Below, piece by piece: positions 14,146 through 25,783 of a stretch of 64,000 bases of DNA. The position numbers and the translations under genes are program-made. The first letter of the stretch is position 1. Each line of letters starts with the position of its first letter. Source of the stretch: Marsupella aquatica (Eukaryota > Plantae > Marchantiophyta); contig OZ316893.1 in assembly GCA_973895155.1 (NCBI GenBank), forward strand, positions 11,413,660 through 11,477,659, in the 5' to 3' direction. The notes below the pieces were generated by a model, which saw only the letters and a program-made list of their open reading frames with translations, was not told the origin of the DNA and did not search any database.

Positions 14146-14375
14146 TGGTGGTGAGAAGTTTCACCCGCAGAACACTATTCCGTTGCAACTCAGTGGTGGT
14201 GAGACAGTCTCCCACGAAACATTGTTCCGTTGCAGCTCAATGGTGGTGAGAAAGTCTCCCACGGAACACTATTCCATCGCGGTTCGTTGGTGGGAAAAAA
14301 CAGTACCCACGGAACACCGTTCCGCGGCAGCTTTGCGGTGGGAAAAACAGGGACCCACGGAACACCGTTCCACGG
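14146..14375 (+). repeat. Tandem repeats of about 46 bp in the copia 5' leader
   Basis: About five copies of ggtggtgagaaa...cccacggaacac(t/c)(a/g)ttcc. Confidence 0.8.
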
Positions 14376-14583
14376 GTGCTTTGAGGAGGCAAAAATAAAT
14401 AAAAATTCTGGATAACTTTTTCAGGAGCAGTTTTTTGCCAAATTGTTTTCAAATATTGGTAGTGTACCTTGCAGGCTACGCGGTGGTGCATTACAGTTCC
14501 ACTTTTGCCAACTTTCATTTTTTGGTGATTGTGTGTAGAGATATTTTGGTACTTGTGTTTCCTTTGTGTTTGTGTCAACATCA

Positions 14584-17500
14584 ATGACTTCAAGAAAGCT
14601 TGCGGCGCCAAAGTTTGAGGTGGAAAAGTTTGATGGGAAGGTCAGCTTTAGCCTCTGGACTCGGAAGGTGACCAACGTGTTGATCCAGCAGGGTCTTGAG
14701 AAGACCATCACTGAAGTGAAGCCCTCGACTCTTACATGTTAGGATTTACTCTTAGGTCTAGAGTTATGATTGTACCGTAGTTAAGGCTAACCTTAGTTGC
14801 AAACTTGGTTAGGTTAGTCATGCTGTGCACACTCTATAACCAAGCGGTGTTTGCTTGGAGAGAGGGAACTCAGGCTCATTGTTATGGAGTTAGTTGAGAG
14901 ATAGGGAGAGCTTGCGCTGTGGATGCTTGGTATGGCCAGTCGGCCTAGAGTGCAGTAAAGCTCTCGTGTGTTCCCGTGGACGTAGCCTCATGTGGAAGTG
15001 AACCACATATTTCTCTGTGTCGACTATTGTGCGTTGGATGGTTCATGGGCTTGCCGTTGCGATTGTCGTCTTTGCTCTACATTACAGATGAGGAGTGGGA
15101 AGACATGTTGGTGCACGCGTGTAGTACAATTGAGTTGTTCTTGGCAAACAACATTCTCAAGAACGTGTTGGGGATGGATCGCAACGCCAAGAAGATTTGG
15201 GATATGCTTACTCAGCTATACCAAAGTACTTCATTGACTACTCGCATTTACCAATTGGAGTGGCTATTCAGGTTGAAGTTGTAGGATGGTGGAAACATGC
15301 GTGATCATCTTAGTCTCTTTGATGAGATTGTGCACGAGGTGACCATGGCAGGAGATAAGTTGACCGATGAGTACCTTGCAACGCATTTGTTGATGTCGCT
15401 TCCAAAGAGCTTTTCAACATTGGTAATGGTTATCACACATGACAAGCCTACGTTGAAGCTGGATACGGTGAAGGCTACTATTCTTGCATAATAGAGCAAG
15501 CGACATCTATCTTCCCGTGATGATGAGTCTGCTGCCTTAATGGTTAGAGGTAGATCAACTGAGCGTACTACGGATCAATCTAGATCTAGATCTCAGAACA
15601 GATCTAAATCTAAATCCCATAGTAAGAAGGTTCAGTGTTGGCATTGCCATGAGAAGGGCCACACCAAGTGGTCTTGCCCTTCTTTGACCAGGCGGAAGCG
15701 TCCTACTTCTGATGGTGCATCTTCATCTTCAGCTGGCATAGTGATTGCTGATCATGAGGATGGTGCTGAAGTGCTATGTATTGGTGCTATTAATTCTGTA
15801 TGACAATAAATGGATGTTGGATTCGGGTTCCTCTTATCACGTGTGTCCGATGCGATCTTACTTCTCTAGCTACCAACCGTGTATTGGTAGCATGGAAATC
15901 GGTAATGGGGTCCGATGTGAGATCGTTGGCATGGGGACTATCAAATTCTGGATGTTTGATGGTGTTGTGCGAGCATTGACGGAAGTCAAGCACATACCAG
16001 ACATCTCTAAGAACCTGATTTCTCTTGGTGCTTTGGAAGCTGGTGGATATCATTTCACTGCACGTGATGGTGTGCTCTTTGTTATCAAAGGTGAGGTAAC
16101 TTTGATTAAGGCACTACGGCAGAATAATTTGTACATCTTGCAAGGAGATGTGATTGCTCCTAGAGTGGAGCATGTGGATTCTGTGGTGGAACGTTTGGAT
16201 GTAGTGGCATCATCGGTTGCTTCAATTGAAGCACCATCAACATCTGGTCGCACACAGGCCATAGATTTATGGCATGCACGATTGGGGCACTTGAGTGGTA
16301 AAGGATTGGCAGCCTTGGCAAACAAAGATTTGCTGCAAGGCGCACAATCTGGAAAACTTTCTTTCTGTGAAGATTGCATCTACGGCAAGCAGAGGAGAGT
16401 GAGTTTCAGTTCTAGTTCCTACCATTCTCATGAGATTCTTGAGTACGTACATTCAGATGTTTGGGGTCTAGAGCCGGAGCCGTCGTTGGGTGGAGCTAGA
16501 TATTTGGTGATGTTTGTAGATGATTACTCTCGAATGTGTTGGCTGTACTACATGAAGGATAAGTCTCAAGTATTTGAGATCTTCAAGGAGTGGAAAGCCA
16601 TGGTGGAGCTACAAACTAGGAAGGAGTTGAAGTGTGTTTGGTCAGATAACGGTGGCGAGTATAAGTCCAATGAGTTTGACCAATTTGGTCGGGACCTTGG
16701 CCTCAAGCGTCATTACACTGTACCGGAAACCCCGCAGCAGAATGGAGTGGCAGAACGGTTGAACCGGACATTACTGGAGAAAGCACACAGCATGCTATGT
16801 AGGTCCAAGTTGCCCAATAATTTTTGGGCTGAAGCTGTCAACCAAGCTGCATACGTTTACAACCTGTCACCGCACAGTAGTAAGTTGATGCAGACTCCAT
16901 TTGAGTTGTGGTATAAGAGACCTGTTGATTGCTCTAGACTCTGAGTTTTTGGATGTGCTGCCTATGTTCACATTGAGCAGACACACAGGTCTAAGTTGGA
17001 TCCCAAGTCTAAGAAATGTATTTTTCTAGTCTTTAGTCCGGGGCAAAAGGGCTACAAATTGTGGGATCCTATCGATTGCAAGGCAGTTATGAGCAAAAAT
17101 GTTGTTTTTGATGAAGAATGGTTGTCAAGAACCCGGGATGATCAGGAGGAGCAGGTGGAGCTTGATGGTGACATTGAGGAAGCTACTGGTCCCTCTTGTA
17201 GAGGTGTAGTCCCTCAATTGAGGCGATCCACAAGGGCCAATCTTGGCCAACCCCCTGATAGATTTGGTTTTACAGATCCTCGTGTTCAGCACGACGATGA
17301 TCCCGGTGTTATATTGCTCACTAAAGATGGAGACCCCTCTAGCTATGAAGAAGCTATGGCCTCTCCAAAGAAGGATAAGTGGATGGAGGCAATGTTGAAG
17401 GAAATGAATTCTTTGAAGAAGAATTCAACTTGGCGCTTAGTGGACATACCTCGCGGGAAGATACTGTTCCGTGTAGATGGTTGTACAAGAAGAAGCAGGA

Positions 17501-18922
17501 TGGCACTTACAAGGCACGCCTTATGACCAAAGGGTACACCCAGAAGGAGGGCTTGGACTACACAGAGATTTTCTCACCAGTTGTCAAACTCGCTAGTATC
17601 CGTGTTTTACTTGCAATTGTGACATTGTATGATCTTGAGTTAGATCAAATGGATGTAATTACTGCTTTCCTGCATGGATGCTTGATGTGGAGATTTATAT
17701 GGCTCAACCTCCAGGTTTTATTGACAAGAAGACCAGACACTTGGTGTGTCAGCTCTTGTGCTCGTTATACGGATTGAAGCAGAGTCCCAGACAATGGAAT
17801 AAGCATTTTGATTCCTTCATGTTATCACAGGGGTTCACCCGGAGTGAACATGATTGTTGTATTTACATGAAGGAGGTGGAGAATTACTCACACTTCGGTT
17901 ACATTATGCTGGCACTGTACGTGAATGACATGCTGATCCTGGCTAAGAATAAGTCTGATGTTGCCCATCTGAAGGCAATGCTAAGTAAGGAGTTTTCAAT
18001 GAAGGAATTGGGTCAAGCCAAGAAGATTCTAGGGATGAAAATCCATCGTGATAGGGAGCAGAGGCAATTATGGTTGTCTCAGAGGCAGTATATAGAGAAA
18101 GTACTTGCCAAGTATGGGATGGATAATGCAAAACCAGTTGGTACTCCGTTGGTTTACCACTTTAAACTCTCAAAGAATGATTGCCCTTCTAGTGAGAGTG
18201 ATAGACTGGCGATGAAATAGGTTCCCTATGATAGTGTTGTGGGTAGTTTGATGTATGCAATGACATGCACTAGACCTGACATTGCCCACGCCGTTAGCAT
18301 TTTGAGTAGATTTATGGAAAACCCTGGTAAACTTCATTGGGAAGCAGTGAAGTGGGTTTTGCGATATCTGAAAGGTACCTTAGATTGTGGGATTCTATTT
18401 GATGGTAAAGCAAACTCTACATTAGAGTTGGGAGGTTTTGTAGATTCAGATTATGCTGGTAACTTGGATAACAGGAAGTCTACTACAGGCTATGTGTTTA
18501 TGTTGGGTGGAGGTTGTATCAGTTGGAAGTCGACAACTCAATCTTGTGTTACGTTATCTACTACTGAGGCTGAGTACATGGCTGCCTGCGAGCCAACCAA
18601 GGAGCTGATCTGGCTACAAAGATTGGTGAGTGATTTGGGTCTTTTAACTGAAAGACCGGTGCTGCTGTGTGACAGTCAAAGTGCTTTGCATCTAGCTAAG
18701 AACCCTGTGTTCCATGCTAGGACAAAGCACATTGATATTTGTTATCACTTCATCCGTGAGGTGATTGAGATGAAGCAGATGTTTCTGGAGAAGGTGGCTT
18801 CAGAGAAGAATGCGGCAGATATGCTTACCAAAGTTTTACCTACCAGTAGCTTTAGTCATTGTGTGAATATAATTAATGTTAGGGCCAAACTAGCGAACTG
18901 GAGTCAAGGTGGAGATTGTTAG
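14584..18922 (+). pseudogene. Copia gag-pol pseudogene
   Basis: Recognisable motifs: MTSRKLAAPKFEVEKFDGK gag start, CWHCHEKGHTKWSC knuckle, WMLDSGSSYH protease, LWHARLGH...CEDC and HSDVWG...DNGGE...QQNGVAE integrase, RT with YVNDML (YVDD altered), VDSDYAG...TEAEY RNase H. Stops at 15282, 15489, 16942 and 18218; frameshifts near 15790, 17460 and 17680; solo-LTR insertion in gag. Confidence 0.93.
14737..15081 (+). mobile_element. Solo LTR (family B) nested in copia gag
   Basis: TGTTAGG...CTCTACA with TSD TTACA at 14732-14736 and 15082-15086. Removing it restores gag KPSTLT|DEEWEDM. Confidence 0.93.
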
Positions 18923-19213
18923 GAATTGACTCGAGTTCCCGACTATAGTTAGTTTGGCCTTACTAGGGTTAATTGACCCTTGGTTAATTAAGGATAAGAT
19001 CCACTTATTTAGGCCCACACATCTTAGTCCCCCTTGGGGGGTATAGGTTGGAGGGAGAGCATTCTCTCCCTCATTCTTCACATGTTCAATCTCATGGGCT
19101 ATGGATTCTTCAGGAGTTTCTCCATGATCGTGGTGTCTTGTTGGTGTAGTGTGAGATTGAGTGCTCTCATGTTCCGCATTGCTGTCTAGTCTAGAGCTGA
19201 CGGTTTTCCTACA
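18917..19213 (+). repeat. 3' LTR of the copia element, preceded by PPT AAGGTGGAGAT
   Basis: Direct repeat of 13202-13498. Confidence 0.95.
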
Positions 19214-19890
19214 AAGCCCTCATCTTACTGGTCATTATGAAGACTATTGCAAATTATGAAGACTATTGCAAAATCACATTTGGATGAGGTAATTTATCAT
19301 ATATTTTCACTAAAATTTGTAAAACTATCTCAGCATAATAAGGTGTGTTACCAGATCATTTTGGACCATGATAGACTCACACAACTTGATCTAAAGCTAA
19401 TATCATATACATTATTTTTACTCAAACAAGGCCTAAAAAATGTAGCTAGGGGGTCCACTAACTAATTTGTGGTGTTCTTGCATGGAACAAATCCATCAAG
19501 ATTATCAAATTCGTCACCGCTCCTCTCTTGTATTGCTCCACAATGCTACCTCCAGCCCCCTGAGTTCCCTTTAACTCCTCCCGCCTCTTGCTTCAATGCT
19601 TTGCGTTGCGTTGCGTAGTTCCTCTCCTCTCGTTGCTATATGCTACTACACTTCCGCTTTGCCTCACCAGCAAGAAAAGGAGACACACAGAGAAAAAAGG
19701 AGACGGACAAAGAGAGGCTATAAGAGAGTGAGAGGAAGGGAGAGACTCTGCAAGAGAGAGAAGAAATGGAGGAGTAGACTTTAGTTTGCAGGCCTCAAAA
19801 AGCAATCAGTCTATGATTTTGCCACACAGCCCCTGGCTGAATTAGCCTTCAACAATATCAACAGCCACCCACTCAACCTTGCCCCCTTTG

Positions 19891-19986
19891 ACAGCACCAG
19901 CAGCACCTGAACAATCCAAATCACCTGAACAATCCAAATCACCTGAACAATCCAAATCAGCAGCACCAGCAGCACCTGAACAATCC
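19891..19986. repeat. 18-bp tandem repeat (CACCTGAACAATCCAAAT) with CAGCACCAG units
   Basis: Three consecutive copies plus a partial fourth. Confidence 0.85.
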
Positions 19987-20949
19987 TTGTATTTATAAAA
20001 ATTTCACAGTTTCGTATGTGGATGACAAGTTAAACAGGGGAACTATATACAAAAACTGTGGCACTTTTGTAAATACAACAAAAACGATGATAGTATTATA
20101 AATTCAAACATCTTAAGTGGCAGTGTACTAAAAAGTTGTTTAATGAAGACAGTGATGTACAAGAAGACTTTGAACACCTCAAGCATTCGCAGATTGCATT
20201 TACATGACTTCACTGTAATCTTGCAACCCGGCTTGTAAACAAATTGTGGCCTAGTATAGACTAGTACTAGTGAGTCCAATTTCCCTTGCTTCTTACAATA
20301 CTAACATGAGTACAATACTAACATGACCAGGAGTGAACACAATGAAAGGGCACCTAGAAAACTTTCTTGATCTTAAAACTTGCATTGAGTTTGGATATTG
20401 AAAAGTTACATTGCCAACTACTGGGCAGCTATCACTATTCTTCTTGTCTTTGGATTTACCCCGGGTGATTCTAGTACAAACCAACACCAATTGAAGACAA
20501 GTTCAAGTACATTTTAAGGATATTCCAACTAGGTTAAATTATTCTCTATAGGTGTGAAAAACTAGACAGTATTTGGGTAGTTATATAACTAACTTTCCTT
20601 TTTACACTATTACTTCCATTATTGTTAAACACTCTTTTATGTACTAAAAAAGAATTAATTAATTTATAGAAAATAACAAAAGTACCTAAAGCGATTACTT
20701 GTATAAAAAACTATATCTAGTCCTTTGTGTTTTTGTTTTCTTTACGCCTTGTTTTTACAGCATGGCAGCCAAGAATTTCTCCCAAATTGGTGAAACAAGA
20801 AGGCGGCACTTATTTGATCCCCAACAAAGACTAGTCATGTTTGTTGCTTGTCACAATGACATGGAGTGTTGTGGTGCCTGGAATTTTGGAAAGGACCCCT
20901 CAGGGGGTACATAAAGAATACATAGTAGGTTAATCCATCAATAGAAGCT

Positions 20950-21455
20950 AACTCATGGTTACAACATCGGCCTTGGGGAGGGACCACAACAAGTTGGTTC
21001 TAGCCTATTAATTTTTGCTTTACCAGATTTTATGGTCACTCTGGCTTGGTAGGAATGAACACATGTTCTCTGGGAATGGTTTGTGGAAATTTGATTTTCG
21101 TTTCATTCTATCTGAAGTAGCCGACCATGTGACGGCGGTCGGCTCTGCTTGTCACCGGGCAGACACCATCAATTCTCGGCTGCTCAGGGTGAAGGGGACA
21201 GTTAATAAAGAGCGCCTTGTATGGTTGGAGAGGCATGAATCCAATCGAGCAATAGGGTATGACTGATTTTGATGATGGTTAGGTTATTACTCTAAATGAG
21301 GCAATCTGTACACCGTACTAGTATGTGAAGGTTGTGTGGACCAATTTTGTTGGGCTGGTCACTGGACGTGGGGTGTCCTCTCATGCGGGTTTGCACTGTT
21401 GTCACCTTCGGCTGTGCTGTTGGTTCCCCTCCTATTTTTTCTTTATAAAATTTAA
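20950..21455 (+). mobile_element. 5'-truncated L1-type LINE fragment (ORF2 C-terminus plus 3' UTR)
   Basis: ORF 21015-21266 has ILWSLWLGRNEHMF, the W-x-L/IW-x-x-RN-x-x-x-F motif that follows zf-RVT in plant L1 ORF2; T-rich 3' UTR and a short A-rich end near 21450. Confidence 0.55.
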
Positions 21456-21814
21456 ACATTTCAAAGGAACTTGGTCACAACACATCTATTGCTTTTTCCT
21501 TCCTTCAACCAATGAGCAATGCTTATGGATAGTCTGCGACAAGGGGCAGCAGGGGGGAGCTTGTCATGGCAGGGGTATAGTACCCAACTTAAGTCAAATG
21601 CCCTACAGATTCGTAATTGTGCATTTTTCTTTAGGTACCTAGTTCAATCTTGAGCCAAAACTAAAGTACTGTAGGTACATTCTCTGAATAAGTTAATAGA
21701 TTCTTTAGTAAAAGGCGAAAGAATAGTTCGCTTTGTGCTAAGTTAATAGATTCTAAATGAAGCCCTAAAGGTATTATGTTTGAGCAAATGTAAAATTTTG
21801 AGTATGTAAGATAG

Positions 21815-22078
21815 CCGAGGAAGCCCTTGAAAACTTCCAATTGTGATGAGTACTTCATCATACACAGAAGAAATTTGTCTGAGTGTGCTCTCCTATAGGG
21901 CAACAGGAGGCCCCACCAAAAAGAAAGCAAGGGAGGCCTCAAAAACATCCAGTTGTGCTGAGTACTTCATCATACACAGAGGAAAGTTGTCTGAGTGTGC
22001 AGGCACCTCCTATGGGGCAATAGGAGGCCCCACCAAAAAGAAAGCAAGGAAGGCCTCGAAAACTTCCAGTTGTGATGC
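21815..22078. repeat. Tandem repeat of about 115 bp, about 2.3 copies
   Basis: aaaacttccagttgtgatgagtacttcatcatacacaga...ggaggccccaccaaaaagaaagcaagg repeated. Confidence 0.85.
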
Positions 22079-25000
22079 CCATTGTGTTGAATACTTTTGT
22101 CCAAAGTTGTCCTAGTTTGGCCCAACTTGCACCCAAGCCAGAATCTTCAGGAAGAAGAGCACCAAGATGACCTCAAGGCTCTGGGAAGATTCACACCCCG
22201 TCACTCCCCTTGTTGTTGGCCAAAGGAGGGATATGATGTAATCTGAGGGTGATGATTTTGCAAAACTCATAGTTCTTCGGATAGCAAGCTATGTGTTTCT
22301 ACATTTTTGATCTAGGTTCTAGGTGCCGTAAAATAGGTTAGCAAAAGTAGTTGCTTTGGTTGCAATGGTTTTGGCAATGGTTGCAAAATAGGTTAGCAGA
22401 AGTAGTTTGTAGCTTGCAATAATTGCTAGATACAAATCTGGAGGATATATCCATGATGATGAATGTTACATTTGAGGTTTGTGGATAGCTATACTCCCTC
22501 TCAGCCTGCTTATGCAGAGAATTGGAAATGTTGTGGTCTGATATTTTAAATGACCACATTTTGACTCCTTTTTTGTCTCATCTTCTCAAAAATTTTGTCG
22601 GTAGAGGCACAAATGGCCTGAAGTGGAACTAGCTTTCAACCTGAAACTTGACGTATTGGAGAGGTAAACAGCTATGCAGGAGTAGTACATGCAACTTTTT
22701 CATGGAAGTTTGGTCGCACACGCACCACCTCTAGAGCAATCAGACACCTGATCCAGATAGTAATGTTTTTTTGTGGGTCTATGTATAAGGAACTTACTAT
22801 TTATCTGGGAATAATGAGATACATAGACTTGCATTGGTGAACTATCAAATGAAGATGTACTCGTTCTTTCACTGCCATTGACGCTTTTTTGTGACTTGCA
22901 GCTTTAGGACATTATGTCCACTCAGGAGCTTATAACCGACTCATTTGTGGCATTTCTCCAAAATGGCCCGTGGACGCTACGTTGTCCGGCTTTTGTTCCT
23001 TAATTTAACATCTGATTTGTGGTAGGGCAAGAGGTCAATTACATCTCCTAGAATGCCAGTTGTCAATTGTCAGGTTGGCCAAAAGCTTTCCTACATACTG
23101 AATAAACTAAAATGGGGAGTGAAAGTTCTCTTTGCCGTTTCTGTGTTCATGACAGGCTGATTTCCATTACCCCTACAACAGTACCTTCTAGCAACGCGAA
23201 AGGCATTACTCGGGACGTCATTTCTGTATTGTATACTGTTTGTCTAAGAATATATTGTCCCACAGTTGTCATCAAATTGCAGTATTTTGAATGAGGTGAC
23301 TATGAATGCAGTGAGAGATCTCAAACGCACAATAGAAAGGCGTTAACCCTCTTGTCTAGGAGTAGGCCTTTTCAATGTATGGAAATGTCTGGATCCCTTT
23401 TCTGTTCGCTAATTCAATTGGTCAACCTCAACACGCCTGTATGCCAAGAATACATGGGGAAATAAGTCTTTTTCTATTGCTAGCTGGTGATCATCAAGTC
23501 TTGAGTTGAAGTTGGTATTGAATTAGTTGGATTGAGTTCAAAGCAATTCTATGAAGGGATTATTGAAGTTTCAACCCTTGGCTAGTTCTGAGCAATGGGA
23601 ATTGAGTGAGCATTGCTATCATAGTGAATTGAGATGTTCCAAACTTGATGAGAGAGAGGTAGCAGTCCAGCCTAGGTGCCAGGGACCAGACTTTCACAAG
23701 TGACTGACCCTGAGAGGTACCATTGTCAATCAAATGAGTTTTTCTGATAAAATAAGGTGTTGAGATTGAAAGCTTTGAAAGATGCTTGCGATCAGTCCTG
23801 TTTGCAACCAGAAGCATGGAGCTTGCCTGAGAAAGCCCAAACTCAAAGTCATGGGCACCCTTTTTCCATGACCCAATTCATCTTTTATAGCAACTAGCCC
23901 CATGACCTGTTCCTTGAGTGTAAATAGATGAAGAAAAATCTTGCACAATAACATTTATATGCTACTTTGGTTGGTCTTTGCCCCATCCTTTTTTTGTATC
24001 CATCCTCATTTCAGTTGTGCCTTTTTTAGAGTTAATGTCACTTTTGTTCATTCTCATTTAAAATTTTGACCTTACCTCATTATCAGTTTTGTTAGTATTG
24101 GGAGTTTTAGTGTAGAGGCTTCACTCTAGACCTAGGCCCTTAAGAGTAGACTTCAGTTGCCACTTTCATAGTAAGATGAGTGTTGTTCCTTCTCCATATT
24201 TTCCTGTAGCTTTTTGTAGCTTTTTTATGTGCTCCTGTAGCTTTTTGATGTGCAGTTACCAAGAGTAGTTATTGGCTGAACTATATTCAGTTATGTGATG
24301 GGGGCCCCCAAAAAGCTCCCAAGATACTTTTGTCAAAAATACATATGGACTGAAATTCTGGACTTATGATGGCTTACGTAGGCAGTGGAAAGAGATGAGA
24401 TGAGGGGAGCATTTCATGATTTATCTTAAATTTGTTTACTTAATTTTTTTGTTCTTTTTCACTTTGTTCAGCCTAATGTGATCAAACCCCCTTTGGTCAC
24501 TCGTCTGGTAGATTATAGGTGGGCAGTGGGCACTCACTAGCTGCCTATTTTTCAAGGTTTTTAATTTATAGCCAATGTGGAGAATGTTTGCTTCTTTAAG
24601 GGAGGAGATTCTATGAATATTATCTATCATGACTGTCAGATATCCCTAGATTTAAGGAGGACCAAGATTATGGCTAATGGGGTTCATGATTTGGTGGAAG
24701 AGAGACTAATGGTGTTAAAAAAATCTAGCTAATATTAACCAAAAGTGGCGAACATTTTTTGGGGAGGTGTAATTTGGCAAAATTTGGCACTTAAAAAATA
24801 AGCTGGACCAAACCCCCTTTGGTCACGGGCCTGGTAAATTAGGGGGGCTTTACAAGACGGTGGGGGCCATTCAGTCTCTCTCCATCCAGAGCAAAGCTGA
24901 TGGCCATTTCCTTCCACAAAAATTAAAATGCCTGAGCCAAAATGTGTCAGGTTTGGATGTAATCAATGCAATTCCCTGAAAATAAGCGGCCGTTTGCTCC

Positions 25001-25391
25001 AGGTTTTTAGACCACCTCAAGAGGAGGTCTAAGTTTTTGACAAAAAAGCTTGCACATATCAGCAAAACAAGGGACCCACTGATATATAGATGACTAGGTT
25101 GGGTAATGCTTTTGGTTCATTATGCCCCCTTCATGTAAAGTGAAGTGTGGCCAGTTCCCACATATGAATGGCTAGGATTGCATCTCTCTCACTTAGAAAA
25201 AAAAGAATTGCTGCCCCCAAGTTCTTGTAAAGCCACCCTTATAGGTGGGCAGTGGGCACTCACCTCCTGCCTCTGTGCAGCACAAAAAAAGGTTTTGGCT
25301 GGCTTCTGTTGGAAGCAAGGCTACAGAAGTGGGAGTACAGGAGTCTCGTGGGCTCCATCCATGCCTTGCCCTTTGAGGCCCCACCCAACCC

Positions 25392-25441
25392 CTCCACTCG
25401 ACTCCACTCCACTCCACTCCACTCGACTCGACTCGACTCCA
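25392..25441. repeat. (CTCCA/CTCGA)n pentanucleotide repeat upstream of the FYVE-START gene
   Basis: Direct reading. Confidence 0.85.
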
Positions 25442-25783
25442 CCCGAGGCAAATAATAATGGGAGCATGCTGTTGTGCTGCGTCGTCGCCTTGAGAAGCAG
25501 GCAGCAACGCAACTCGGAGCACCGCAGTTATCATCGCTTTGCTCCCTCATGCTCTCCCTCCATCTCACTCTTTCTTTCACACAATTGCGCATCGTCTCCT
25601 ACGAAGCCTTGAATCGTACAGCGTGAAACTCGTTTGGGAGCAGCAATCCTCTGATTCTGATCGGATTTGGCGAGACACCCTCCGGACGAGGCTGTGGAGA
25701 AACCAATTCTATCGCAGAGGCGGTGGTCTCTTGTGCTGGTCCAGGACCGAGTAAGTGGAGCTCGGATCGCATCGAGCGGAGCC

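Larger units (their letters stand above)
13202..19213 (+). mobile_element. Full-length, decayed Ty1/copia LTR retrotransposon (Tnt1/Tork-like)
   Basis: 297-bp TG...CA LTRs at 13202-13498 and 18917-19213; 5-bp TSD AAGCC at 13197-13201 and 19214-19218; primer-binding site (PBS) and polypurine tract (PPT) present; domain order gag-PR-IN-RT-RH. Confidence 0.97.
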
